NCBI RefSeq assembly: GCF_001194135.2
Contig: NC_068993.1
Location: 4,402,293 to 4,466,292 of the forward strand
Direction: 5' to 3'
DNA length: 64,000 nucleotides
Origin: Octopus bimaculoides
Lineage: Eukaryota
The position numbers and the translations under genes were made by a program. Positions 39,653 to 53,426 of the stretch are shown in pieces. Below the pieces are notes generated by a model. The model was not told where the DNA came from and searched no databases. It worked only from the letters and a program-made list of their open reading frames with translations. The number at the start of each line of letters is the position of its first letter. Position 1 is the stretch's first letter.

Positions 39653-39687
<35 letters not shown>

Positions 39688-40019
39688 AACACACATTCCA
39701 ACAAGCAAAAACACACACCCACATTCAAACACACAAATACACACACACATTCAAACACACATACATTCAAACATTAATACACACATTCAAACACACACAC
39801 ACATACACATGAAGTCAAGTGAAAATAACTTTATTGGTTTCGACAATAAGAATATCAGTTGTTCAATCAAATGAACTGTCAACTCATTGAATTTGTACAT
39901 AACTGGCTGAGTATTCCATGGACACTTGTATTACTTGTTTATAGTTAATGTAATTCTCAAGTAGAGTTCACGTGACATTATAACAAGGCTGTGTCATTTA
40001 GTTACCAATAGACTACAAT

Positions 40020-40375
40020 TGACAGGCTTCCATACAGTTTCCCCTCAACCCGGATTTGCTCACAAGGCTGGGATGAAGAGTAAAAGGCACTTGCCAAAAT
40101 TGTCGCATGTTAGGATGGAACATGCGACCTTCTGATTAACTTTTAACTATATTTTTTTTCTGTTTGACCTGTTTCAGTCATTAGACTGCAGCCATGCTGG
40201 AGCACAACCTTAAAGAGATTTTAGTCAAATGAACCAACCTCACTACTTGCTTTTTTTTCTTTAAGCCAGGTATTTATTATATCAAGCTATTTTTGCCAAA
40301 CCGCTAGGTTACAAGGATGTAAACAAACCAACATCAGTTGTCAAGTGATGGTGAGGCACAAACACAGGCATAAAG
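40020..40375 (-). mobile_element. SINE family A head and body fragments, decayed
   Basis: ctgtttcagtcattagactgcagccatgctggagcac..caaccaacatcagttgtcaag (body); cacaaggctg..ggcacttgcc (head). Confidence 0.65.
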
Positions 40376-40404
40376 TCACACTGATGAATCATATTCGATG
40401 ACCG

Positions 40405-40605
40405 GCACCTGTGCCAGTGGAGCGCTAACGGCACCATCCGAGCGTGATCATTGCCAGAGCAGCTGTCTGGCTTCCGTGCTAGTGGCACATAAATAGCACC
40501 ATTTGAGCGTGATCGTTACCAGCGTCGCCTTACTGGCACGCTAGAAAATCATTCAAGCGAGGTCGTTGCCAGTGCCACTGGACTGGCTCCTGTGCAGGTG
40601 GTTGG
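40405..40605 (+). mobile_element. GC-rich internally repeated segment typical of family C 5' regions
   Basis: Three diverged copies of gagcg(t/a)gatc.ttgccag with tggcac motifs; CpG-rich island in AT-rich surroundings. A similar tggcac array occurs at 23680-23860. Confidence 0.5.
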
Positions 40606-42469
40606 GAAGCAACCTCTAGCCATACAGTCATGCCTGTACCTATTTATTTGCTTTATTGTGAAGTAATCATGCATCATCTCATGTCTTCAATATTTCGATG
40701 ATGCATTTGTATATTTTTGGAAGGACATTGTAGCCCAAGGGTGGGAATCTGGCCAATTTGAACATAAAACAATTAGAATATCTGGTCTGGATATGGTTGG
40801 ATTAAAAGTTAAAAAGTTAAAATGATGAGTGAAAATGTGGAGGAAAGACAACTCTTTCGTTTTGAAAAGAACCCGGCAAATGCTCTTCGTGCCAAGTACA
40901 CTGTAAATTGGTTTGTAAACAGAGATAACATGGAGACAACTATTAAGTCTTGCTAGAGGACAAGACAACCTTTCAAGTGCTGGTGGCACAATAAAATGTA
41001 CACAATCCTTTACATAAAGTTATTGGTGATATGAAGGGTATCCAGACATAGAAATGATAACAAAACCTAGAATATATGAGAAAACTGTGAATCTTGGATT
41101 GTCAATGGGAGAGCAACTTGAAATAAGAAATGTGTCCGTCTCTGATGATTCATGTAACCCATACCAACATGAAAAGTAGATGTAAAATGATCATGGTGTG
41201 ATGTTATGCATGTATGGATGTAAATACATGCATGTATATATAAATATCAAAATATATTTGGACTGTATATGTATATAGTACATATAAACATAAATATATA
41301 TAAATATAAACATAAATAAATAAATATATATATATGTGATATGTATATTTATACTGTTTATTCACACACATATACATATATACACTATATATTTCTGAAC
41401 ATACAATTGGATCAATTTATGATGTATACATACATGAGTGCATATATTAAACACACTCAGATGCTTGACAATATATATATATATATATATATANNNNNNN
41501 NNNNNNNNNNNNNNNNNNNNNNNNNNNNNNNNNNNNNNNNNNNNNNNNNNNNNNNNNNNNNNNNNNNNNNNNNNNNNNNNNNNNNNNNNNNNNNNNNNNN
41601 NNNNNNNNNNNNNNNNNNNNNNNNNNNNNNNNNNNNNNNNNNNNNNNNNNNNNNNNNNNNNNNNNNNNNNNNNNNNNNNNNNNNNNNNNNNNNNNNNNNN
41701 NNNNNNNNNNNNNNNNNNNNNNNNNNNNNNNNNNNNNNNNNNNNNNNNNNNNNNNNNNNNNNNNNNNNNNNNNNNNNNNNNATATATATATATATATATA
41801 TAGGAAAGAGAGAGAGAGAGAGACAGTAAGTGTGTGTATGTGTATGCATTTCTCATTCTTTGAACATGTGTGTGTAAATACACCAGTGCACATGTGTGTT
41901 TCTCTGTATGTAAATGCAACCATAATACCAGATGCAGTCATGTATGCACATATATGCATGTATCTTTCTTGACATTTAAAGCCTACCATGTGTCCTATAA
42001 GTATGTCATTCTGGTGAATACAAAACAGGTTAAAATGCTGCTTTACTCATGGGACAGCTTGCGTATGAATGAGTATGTGTATGCACAACTGCATGCAACT
42101 GCATGCATGTGCATCCATGTGCAAGCAAGTGTTCCAGTTTGCACATTTACGCAGATGAGGGTTGAGTATAACGACAAAAGAGGAAAGAAATATGCTACAG
42201 AAATGAATATGTACTGTATGAGTGCGTATGCATACATGTAGATGTATATGTGCATTTGTGTGTATATATGTATATATATATATATATATATATGCTGGCT
42301 GTGAACCAATTATTGGTGTGTGTGTGTGTGTTAGGGCATGTGTTTGCTAAGTCTCCCAGTAGATATGGTAATGGAATAATTCGATGGGCAGCATTAAGAC
42401 ACTCTTTTCATACGACTGCTATCAAGAGGTGGGGTGGGGTATGAATGAAAGAGGAGGGGAGCTGATGAT

Positions 42470-42582
42470 AACAACAACAGCAGTAATTCTGTCTTCTTCA
42501 TAATAAAAGCAATAAAAATAACAATAATAATAACAATAATAATAATGACAATAATAACAACACTAATAATAATAATAATGAC

Positions 42583-42623
<41 letters not shown>

Positions 42624-43722
42624 TGATGATGATGATGATGATGATAATGTTGATGATGATTTTAATAATGATAATAATAAAGGATGATGATAATAACAAA
42701 TTATACATTAATACATATATTTGCATATGTATATATTTTTGTATATGTAAGTGTTTATATATACATATATATATACATATATGTGTACATATATATGTAT
42801 ATATATNNNNNNNNNNNNNNNNNNNNNNNNNNNNNNNNNNNNNNNNNNNNNNNNNNNNNNNNNNNNNNNNNNNNNNNNNNNNNNNNNNNNNNNNNNNNNN
42901 NNNNNNNNNNNNNNNNNNNNNNNNNNNNNNNNNNNNNNNNNNNNNNNNNNNNNNNNNNNNNNNNNNNNNNNNNNNNNNNNNNNNNNNNNNNNNNNNNNNN
43001 NNNNNNNNNNNNNNNNNNNNNNNNNNNNNNNNNNNNNNNNNNNNNNNNNNNNNNNNNNNNNNNNNNNNNNNNNNNNNNNNNNNNNNNNNNNNNNNNNNNN
43101 NNNNNNNNNNNNNNNNNNNNNNNNNNNNNNNNNNNNNNNNNNNNNNNNNNNNNNNNNNNNNNNNNNNNNNNNNNNNNNNNNNNNNNNNNNNNNNNNNNNN
43201 NNNNNNNNNNNNNNNNNNNNNNNNNNNNNNNNNNNNNNNNNNNNNNNNNNNNNNNNNNNNNNNNNNNNNNNNNNNNNNNNNNNNNNNNNNNNNNNNNNNN
43301 NNNNNNNNNNNNNNNNNNNNNNNNNNNNNNNNNNNNNNNNNNNNNNNNNNNNNNNNNNNNNNNNNNNNNNNNNNNNNNNNNNNNNNNNNNNNNNNNNNNN
43401 NNNNNNNNNNNNNNNNNNNNNNNNNNNNNNNNNNNNNNNNNNNNNNNNNNNNNNNNNNNNNNNNNNNNNNNNNNNNNNNNGAAGAAGAAGAAGAAGAAGA
43501 AGTGCAACAAATAAAACAGCAACAGACAAGAGTCTTCATCTTCATCATCAACATCAACAATATTTGTGTAAAGAAGAAAGGAATGAAGAAAAAATACACA
43601 TGCATAATAATAATGATGATGATGATGGTGATGATGAGGATCATGATGATGATGGTAACATTGACAATAATGTTGATGATTATGATGATGATGATGACAA
43701 CAAAAACAAGGATGACAATGAC

Positions 43723-43756
<34 letters not shown>

Positions 43757-44150
43757 GTGATGTGAATGATGATAACAATGACGACAATGACAACGATGGC
43801 GATAACGATGGCAGCGACGATGACAATGGCAACGACGGTGATGATGATGACGATGTTGATGATGATGATGATGATCACGATCACTATAATAATAGTAATA
43901 ATAACGGCAACAATAACAATTATAACAATGTTAATAATAATAATAATGAGAAAGAATAACTTGAAACAATTGGCATGGATGTAAAGCAGTGTGAGAACAA
44001 CAACAACAGCAGAGGGAGAGGTGTGAAACAGCAGCAGCACCACCAACTGCAACAACAACTACAACTATAAGTATAAAAGTGTGAATAACAACAAAGACAG
44101 TGATGCTGGTGGTGGCGGCGGAGGTGGTGGTGGTGGTGGTGGGAGTAGAA
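42470..44150. repeat. Compound (AAT/GAT/TA/GAA)n tract containing a large N gap
   Basis: Direct reading; gap at 42807-43480. Confidence 0.95.
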
Positions 44151-44520
44151 GTGACAACGAAAGTAGGGTTATAACACCATGCATCATAAAACTTTCAGCT
44201 AACAGTGAGATACATTGTTAATAAATGATCATTGTTAGCTGGCATCTACATACACACACACACAATATATATATATATGTGTATACATATATGTTATATA
44301 TGTTATCAACATGACTTAAAGTAGAGCATTATATATTTCTCAAATATCTAAGTACATATATGCATATCTGTGTGCATAATGTGATGGTGTGTTTATATAG
44401 TATGAGATGGAGCCATGTCTGTTGTATATAAACGTAGACATACATAAAAATATATACTATACATACAATTATAATATAGACATATTTATATAGATATGCA
44501 TATATATATATATATATATG

Positions 44521-44606
<86 letters not shown>

Positions 44607-45009
44607 ACATACAATTATAATATATACATATTTATATAGATATGTATTTATATGTGCATGTATATGTCATATTTTTATGTGAGTTATACATTTTTATTCG
44701 TGTATATCTAATTCTGAGCATCCAAATCCAAGCTGTTGTTTGTTGTGCAAGTTACATGCAGATATATATTTTGATAGAAAAGTAATCTAAAATATGTACA
44801 TAATGGGGAAAATATTTGATATTACAATAAGAGTCTTAATGAAATTTTACAAACTTCTTTTATTGGTTCGAAGCTGGTTTCCAGTCAACTGAAAAGATTA
44901 AGAAGCATCGAGTTTCTACCGAGTTCAATATCAATGGAATATAGGACCTGTTTTATTGGTAATACAGTAAATACTATTAATAAATACAGCCTTTAATATC
45001 AGCATTGTT

Positions 45010-45240
45010 ATTATTATAGTTGTAATGTCTTTTTTTTCATGCTTGCATGGGTCAGACAAAATTTGTTGAAGCAGATTTTTCTATGGTTTCAGACTCTTTC
45101 TGTCACCAACATTCACTTATCTCCAAGTGAGGTAATATTTTCCCATGCTACAAACATGTTTTGAAGCAAGAATGAAAATGAAGTACACCTCTTGTATGAT
45201 GGTGACATTCGTTTACAACTATCATACAAATGAAGACAAG
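45010..45240 (-). mobile_element. SINE family C variant, decayed
   Basis: ttttcatgcttgcatggg..tttctatgg..tgtcaccaac, homologous in reverse orientation to 37690-37820. Confidence 0.6.
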
Positions 45241-45832
45241 GAGATGCTAACACACACACACATGCAGACATACATACACACACACATACATACATACATA
45301 CACACATACATACATGCATACATACATACATACATACATACATACATACAGCACTAGGTTTTGTTAGTAAATGCTTAAAGGAGAATCTGGATAAACTGGG
45401 ATTTTCAGAAAGTGAAATTAACCGGCTGATTCATAAGTACAATCTGTGAGTAGAACAGTAAAGATATGCAAGACTTTTCTCAAGTTCCAAATGTGAATTT
45501 GTCTGTTTTAACTACATCCTAAAGATGGAGCCCTGTATCTTTGTTGGAAACCAGCTTCCTCCTCAGTCAAAAATTTATAACAATTAAAAAATAGAAGAGA
45601 CATACATGCATGCATACATATATACATACATAGTCAAGAGATGAGATCCAGAGATTCTCAGTATAGAAAACATTCAGTAACACTCAGATGATTCGAGCTT
45701 AGATTCTGTTGTCTTTACGAAGGACCAATTCCATGGAGTAAAGAATAGCTGTAAGAGAAATCCAGGTGAGCAGACATGGCGGCAATTATGTGGATAAACA
45801 AATTAAATATAGCAGCTTATGTTTGATATACA

Positions 45833-45885
<53 letters not shown>

Positions 45886-47065
45886 NNNNNNNNNNNNNNN
45901 NNNNNNNNNNNNNNNNNNNNNNNNNNNNNNNNNNNNNNNNNNNNNNNNNNNNNNNNNNNNNNNNNNNNNNNNNNNNNNNNNNNNNNNNNNNNNNNNNNNN
46001 NNNNNNNNNNNNNNNNNNNNNNNNNNNNNNNNNNNNNNNNNNNNNNNNNNNNNNNNNNNNNNNNNNNNNNNNNNNNNNNNNNNNNNNNNNNNNNNNNNNN
46101 NNNNNNNNNNNNNNNNNNNNNNNNNNNNNNNNNNNNNNNNNNNNNNNNNNNNNNNNNNNNNNNNNNNNNNNNNNNNNNNNNNNNNNNNNNNNNNNNNNNN
46201 NNNNNNNNNNNNNNNNNNNNNNNNNNNNNNNNNNNNNNNNNNNNNNNNNNNNNNNNNNNNNNNNNNNNNNNNNNNNNNNNNNNNNNNNNNNNNNNNNNNN
46301 NNNNNNNNNNNNNNNNNNNNNNNNNNNNNNNNNNNNNNNNNNNNNNNNNNNNNNNNNNNNNNNNNNNNNNNNNNNNNNNNNNNNNNNNNNNNATAGATAG
46401 ATAGATAGATAGATAGGTAGACAGACAGTCAGATAAGGTATAGACAGACATATGGAGGGATATATAGGTAGGTAATAGTAAGTTTGATCGATATATGGAT
46501 AGACAGATAGATAAATAGGTAGGTAGGTAGGTAGATAGATAGATAGATAAATACATACATAGATAGACAGATAGATAAATAGGTAGATAGATAGACATCT
46601 ATTTGTTTGTGGTGAGTGTGAATGTAAAGGTATAGATATATTAACACCCACAGATATGTATTCATCTCCATGTCTACTTCAACACTGACAGAGACGAATA
46701 GCACTTGGTAAGCTAGCAAGAATGCATTTAGCTAAGATCCTATTATGCTTGCAGCTGACTCCAAAGCATTTTGTGCAATATTATTTTTCTAGAGAAGTTC
46801 TTGTTGTGAATAAGAGACATTTGCAGAAACTCCTCTTCAAGGCCATCATGCCTCTACAGGCATAGAAAAATGACCGCAGCATTGACAAGAGGGTAAGCCC
46901 CAAGGTATAAATTGTACAACAACATCTCCTGTAAATAGCTTCCTCAAGCATAATACCTGAAGTTTAGGATCGAGGAAAGAAATAGAGAAAATAAAACAGA
47001 ACAAGTCTGCAGTTGTCAGCTAATATAAATGTGCTGAAAAATATTTGGAAGAATTGAGCTTTTGT

Positions 47066-47114
<49 letters not shown>

Positions 47115-47689
47115 TATGTTTGTAGTATTTTGTTTTTTCACATGAATTGTTGATCATCTGAAATAAATAAGAAACAGGTAGCAAGAAGGGAGGAGAATAC
47201 AGAAATAATAATAATAATAAAACAATCAAAACATTTAGAAAAAAATATTAAACAAGCAATGCTTTGTAAATTACCAGCAGGTTTGCATTTTTATATCATT
47301 TTATGTCCCTTCCGTGTTAGCTATTGTCAAACAAAGGAGAGGGTTATGAATGGTGTAATAAAGATATCTGGAGTTATATATAAATGGATGATAAAAGTAG
47401 GATAAAATTTGGCTTTTCATGAAAATAGAATGTAATTTAAAGGTATGTGTACACCAGGGTTCTGTTCTCAGCCCACTGTTCTTGATGTACATCAGTCAAT
47501 AAATTGTAGTTATGAACAGGATGTTCTAGAAAACTCCAAAATATTGAAAGTTTAGCTGTCAGCAAGTTTAAGGATAAATATACATATAAAAATGACAAAT
47601 TGCAAGTGTGAGTTAAAATGTGAAAGCCCTAAAATATAAAATCGACAATACTATGGAACCAGTAAGTAGAAGATGGTAAAGAAATTGCT

Positions 47690-47806
47690 TTATTTCTGAG
47701 AATGGAAGCAGATTGGCAGAAGCATCATATAAAATGTTTAGCAGCATTTCTTCTGGTTCTTTACATGTTGAGTTCAAATTCTGCTGAGGTCGACTTTGCT
47801 TGTTAC
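47690..47806 (+). mobile_element. SINE family B 5' half, abutting the RTE tail
   Basis: ttggcagaagcat..gttgagttcaaattctgctgaggtcgactttgc; the matching 3' part (taagaactagctgagcactgcagtcgatg..ggccttgtggc) resumes at about 48210-48315, so the RTE fragment appears to be inserted in this SINE. Confidence 0.7.
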
Positions 47807-47807
47807 C

Positions 47808-48176
47808 TATCATCATCATCATCATCATCATCATCCAGTGTTTTAAATCCTGGTTTTGTCCCTGTTAAATGGGGGTGGCCAGATCTACCTCAATGCCATA
47901 GCAACCACCCTTACACCATCTCACCATCTTGCCTGTTTTGGACATTCTCCCTTTTCAAGTAGACCCTCCCACTCTCTTCCTCCACCTGTCCTCTTTACAT
48001 TTTCCTCGGTCTGCCTCACTTTCGCTGTCCATTTACCTCAAACACAACCACCCTCCTGAGAATCTGCTCCTCATACCTCCTCAAAACATACCCATACCAC
48101 CACACTCCATTTGCCCTTACCAGCCTTTCCACCAATTCCTCCAGCCCCAGCATTCCCATCAAGTCCTCAGTCCTCC
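47808..48176 (-). mobile_element. 5'-truncated RTE-clade LINE 3' end with (GAT)n tail
   Basis: Minus strand reads RTEDLMGMLGLEELVERLVRANGVWWYGYVLRRYEEQILRRVVVFEVNGQRK*GRPRK, matching the RTE C-terminal W.GHV.R...G.R.RGRP motif. It is followed by a short 3' UTR and a (GAT)n tail near 47808-47835. Confidence 0.85.
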
Positions 48177-48893
48177 AAGAGGAGGACTGAGGACTTGAGG
48201 ATTTTATCAGTCTCAGAATTGATAAAATAAGAACTAGCTGAGCACTGCAGTCGATGTAGTTAATTATCACACTTCTATAAAATTGCTGGCCTTGTGGCAA
48301 AATTTGAAACCATTATTCCTGACAACAATCAAAGAAAAACAGAACAATGTTGTATCAAGTTAAAGTGTGGCATCAACAGAACATCAAAGACATTAACCCT
48401 TTCGCATTGAAAACTGAATGTAAAGATGTAGACACATCAACACCCACAGGTACAGGGCTGGCCAAAAGTCACCTGACAGCTGCAGAAACTATGCTGAAAC
48501 AGACTACGAAACCTGGGGCAGCTCTTGGCCTTAGCAGCTCTTCTCAACCCTTCTGACCCATGTCAACATCAGAAACAGACGTAAAGTGATGATAATAACA
48601 ATGCCAATGATGACAACAACAACAACAGCAAGGTCTTGCTCTAACTGATGGCAATCAGCTGTTTACCTCCTCTAAGAGAAACAAAGCAGCCTCCTAATTA
48701 ATTGTTGTGTCTGTTAATAAACTCGGTAGAAAGGGTCAATATAATGATTATCCGCTGTGCTTCATAATCCCTTCTTAATATCTAAACTGTTTATTTAAAA
48801 ATTATTTTCCAAAAATATTTAACACGGGATTTTTGAAGCATACCTAAAAATAGCCAGAAAGTGATTTTTGCCTGTTCATCTCTGGAAATCTAT

Positions 48894-48946
<53 letters not shown>

Positions 48947-49519
48947 TGATGATGATGATTTTGAATGGCAATAAAAACCAAACTTAAAATAAAGGAGAGT
49001 AAAAGTGAAATAAATGCAAAATTAAAGAACAATAATGAAAAGGGAATGAAAAATTATATATAAGCATGAAGACAAACAGACAGACATTGAAATTCAGGGA
49101 AGTAAATAAAGAACAAAAATAAATGTAAAATAAAATTGCCAATAGAAGGTAAAGTTTGGTAAAATAGAGTGAAACCAATCTCAGCAGATTTGGAAGGTAC
49201 ATGGAGAAATTCAAATTGAGGAGAAATGTTAAAATTATCAACATAAACTCAATTACAAAGAGTGAAATAAATCTCTGTGAAATGAATTTAATGAACAAAC
49301 AAATAAACAAATGAAACAAAAATAAAAATGAAATAAAATGAAATAAAATGAAACAATAAATGTAAAAAGGTTGCGTCACACCAAACAAACGTTAACGATA
49401 GAGAAAACGAAATGATAATTATTTTCAATAGTAAAACAAAAAGAAAAAATCAAAATGAGATTAAAGTTTAGGTTAAAATACAACAAATATAAAAGGAAAG
49501 AATGAATAAATGTAAGATT

Positions 49520-50400
49520 TTCTGCCATTACTACCATGGCCACCACCAGTAACACTAGCATCAGTATTACTGACATTGCTATCAGCGACGCCGCCATCAA
49601 TGCAGCCATCTCCGCAACAAAACCACCAATCACCATCATCATTATCATCAGCGTCATCAACACTTCCATCTAACCACTACTACCATCACCACCACCGTCA
49701 ACATCATCATCATCACCACCACCACCACCACCACCACCATCAATGCTAACATCAATGAAATCAACATCAAGGCAACTACCACCACCACAACTACTACCAC
49801 CATCACAACTACCACTGCCAGCAGCAGCATCACCACCACATCAATGCAATCAGCATCAAATCAACCACCACCACCACCTCAACCACCACCACCACTACCA
49901 CCATCACCACCACCACTACCACCATCACCACCACCACTACCACCATCACCACCACCACTACCACCATCACCACCACCACCACCNNNNNNNNNNCCACCAC
50001 CACTACCACCATCACCACCACCACTACCACCATCACCACCACCACTACCACCATCACCACCACCACTACCACCATCACCACCACCACCACCACCGCTATT
50101 ATTACCAGCATTTATGCAATCAGCATGAACTGTAACAACAGCAGCATCACCACCACCACCACTACAACCATTACCACCTCCACCTCTGCCACCACAACCA
50201 CCACTACAACCACCAATACATTGCCGTCTACACCACTACTAAAATTATCGCAATCACCATCACCGCCAACACCATCATAAGCACCACCACCACTACAATC
50301 GCCACAAACATCAGCATGACCACCACTACCACCACTGCCCTCACAACTACTACAGCCATCACCACCACCTCCACCGCTGTCAACTCCAACACCACTACAA
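49520..50400. repeat. (CAC/CAT)n compound tract with 21-bp higher-order unit
   Basis: Core ccaccaccactaccaccatca repeated at about 49885-50090, with a 10-N gap inside. Confidence 0.95.
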
Positions 50401-51851
50401 TTATATGCAGTAAAAGTCAAAAACAGCAGAAATTCTGAAAAGAAATATAAAAAAAAAAGAAAACAAATTTATATGAAATATAATAAAATAAATTTTAAAA
50501 AAGACAAAATAATATAAACAAAAATAAAACAAAATAACATGAAATTAAGAAATTTGAAACTGAAAATGGGGAAAGTGCAATGAAAATGATAAGCGAGAGA
50601 TAAGTGATATGATGGAGATGGTAGGTGATAATTAAATGAAAATGATAATTTTGCAGTTGTGAAGAAAAGGAGGAGAAAAGGAGAGAAAATGTATATGGAA
50701 TATATGAGAGGAGAAGGGAGAGATAGAGATAGAGAGAGAAAGAGAGAGTGATTGGGCGAGAGAGAGTTAATGAGAATTAAGTATGTATGTATATCTGTAT
50801 GTGTGTTAGTGTGTGTATGTGTGTTTTGTTTACTATATATCTAAATATGTGTCGATATTTCATCATATACATATATATGCATGTGTATGAATATATATAT
50901 ATATATATATACATTATATGTATGTATGTATGTATATGTACATATATATCAGATTATGTCTGCATGTTTGTGTGTAAGAATATACATACATACATGTATA
51001 TATATAATCGGTATATATACATATACATATACTCATACATATCTATGTACACAGACACAAACACACACATATATATATATTTATCAGAGAATATATTTTC
51101 TGATATATGTTTTATAATTTAACTATATATATATTTATATATATATATATATATATATNNNNNNNNNNNNNNNNNNNNNNNNNNNNNNNNNNNNNNNNNN
51201 NNNNNNNNNNNNNNNNNNNNNNNNNNNNNNNNNNNNNNNNNNNNNNNNNNNNNNNNNNNNNNNNNNNNNNNNNNNNNNNNNNNNNNNNNNNNNNNNNNNN
51301 NNNNNNNNNNNNNNNNNNNNNNNNNNNNNNNNNNNNNNNNNNNNNNNNNNNNNNNNNNNNNNNNNNNNNNNNNNNNNNNNNNNNNNNNNNNNNNNNNNNN
51401 NNNNTATATATATATATATATACACACACACACCCAAATATATACATACATATAGTTAGATACATACATATATCAAGAGTCGGAACGTGGGGTGGGGGGA
51501 GCGGGTTGAGAAGAAAAGAGAAAGAAAGAACGAGTAAGGGAGGAAGGAGATTAAAACACTAAATGAGAACAACAAATCTGTTTTCAATTGGAGAAAGTCT
51601 GATCAAAGATTGGGGTGAGTTTCAAGTAATTTATTTATTAAAAGGAAATTAATTAAAAAACAAAAAAAAAAATTAAATAAGCAGAAATTTGTGCAAAATG
51701 CTGTGATGGTGCTACTTAGGCCTCTTTGCACTTAAATTACAGATTCTACATTTAGTGTTTAGATGCAGAAGCTATCAATACAACGAATATATTTGTATTT
51801 CACCAGCACAAACAGTTCCTGCATTCATTTATGTGTAATGTATGGATAAGT

Positions 51852-51959
51852 GCAGGAGTGGGTGTGTGGTAAGTAGCTTGCTTACTAGCTACATGGTTCC
51901 GGCTTCAGTCCCACTGTTTGTGACTGGATTTGTAAGATGGAAACTGAAAGAAGCCCGTC

Positions 51960-51961
<2 letters not shown>
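51852..51961 (+). mobile_element. SINE family A with internal deletion
   Basis: gcaggagtgggtgtgtggtaagtagcttgc..cagtcccactg joined directly to ttgtgactggatttg..gaaagaagcccgtc. Confidence 0.85.
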
Positions 51962-51993
<32 letters not shown>

Positions 51994-52074
51994 ATATATA
52001 CTTATATACTGAGGGTGATAAATTGAATATTAATTTAATTAACATCAATTTAAAACCAGTGGCCTAGCATATAA

Positions 52075-52200
52075 AAAAAATCTGAAAATTCAGAAAAATT
52101 GTATTACATGCGTATAAGAAGGGAAGACTAGTTTGAAAGGAACCAAATTATTTTACTAAAATCTTCATTATTTTAAAACTTAATTGAAACAATGGCAGTT
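52075..52200 (+). mobile_element. Short decayed mariner 3' remnant
   Basis: gaagggaagactagtttgaaaggaa matches the gactagtttgaaggg terminal motif of the copy at 15778-15800. Confidence 0.4.
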
Positions 52201-52269
52201 ATCAAGTAAGGGAAATTTCTTGTTACTCCACAGGTCTTTGAAAGTGCAGAGCTTCTGGTTATAATATCA

Positions 52270-52495
52270 GCAAGGAAGACCCATCAAGCCAAGTGAAACT
52301 GTAGTCATGGCAGTTACTGGTGTCACACAACTGGCCCCCATTACACTCTCGGAGTGGTTGGCATTAGGAAGGACAGCCAGCTGTAGAAACCATGCCAAAT
52401 CAAACTGGAGTCTGCCCCCCCCCAAAGGTTACCACCTCTGGTCAGACCATCCAACCCATGCCAGCATGGATGTTAAATGATAACAATGATGATAC
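52270..52495 (+). mobile_element. SINE family C / RTE 3' UTR
   Basis: gaagacccatcaagccaagtg..ggagtggttggcattaggaagg..ccaacccatgccagcatgg..gttaaatgat. Confidence 0.8.
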
Positions 52496-53426
52496 ATATA
52501 TATTAATGACAGAAGCAATATTAATAAGGAATAACAATCTGTATATCTTACTGAATGTGGATATACTGTAAGACTGCAATAATACTGCAGTAGTCATCTA
52601 TACGATATTTATGCTGTCTTTAAAAATATATCCCTATTGTGTAGAAAATAAAAACTGCTGTGTACACACACACACATATGTATGTATGCACGAAAGTATA
52701 TACATATATGAGTATGTATGTATGTATGTATGCATGTGCTTGCAGTAGTTTATGAGCTTGCAGTGGTTTATGAGTTTGTAGTGGTTTATGAGAACCAGGT
52801 GTTAACACCTATTTCTCAAATGAAAAGAAGTCATTAAGCTTTTGTTGCTTACAGAATAGAAACCAAACTCAGCAAAGTGATGATATTAATCACACCACAC
52901 AATCAACTGTCTCTGCCCCCCCTCACACTCTTCGTATTCATTTAGTCCTTGAAAGTTTCCAAATGGAACTTAATCATAATGCTTGCATGATTGATCAAGT
53001 GTATTTGCTGTGATGACAGTAAGGAAGGGAAATCTATGAATATCTATATTTATCTGTATATATATATATATGGATGATTTCACATAAATATATATCTAAG
53101 TATCTACTTGTCTATCTATTTATCTATCATGTATGTGTGTGTGTGTATATATACACATATATATACACACATTACTTATATACATACATATACATACACA
53201 CACATATATACACACATATATATACACACATACATATATACATACATATATGTATATATATGTATAAATATATATTCATATACACACACATACGCACACA
53301 CATATATATATTTATATACATCATACATATATATTTATATCATACATATATATATATATATATAACATAATATAATAAAATATAATATAACATATGTCTA
53401 TACAGACATGTATACACATTTATATA

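Noticed and set aside
40660-41010. Coding-looking unique block with a 100-aa minus ORF
   Set aside because: No recognisable motif in any frame, stops on +, and no convincing splice pair.
42394-44058. 554-aa and other long ORFs spanning N gaps
   Set aside because: Their length comes from Ns and simple repeats.
49743-50135. Extensin-like (PPPLPPS)n or poly-His ORFs
   Set aside because: Derived from a (CAC)n microsatellite with a 21-bp period and containing an N gap; all frames are open.
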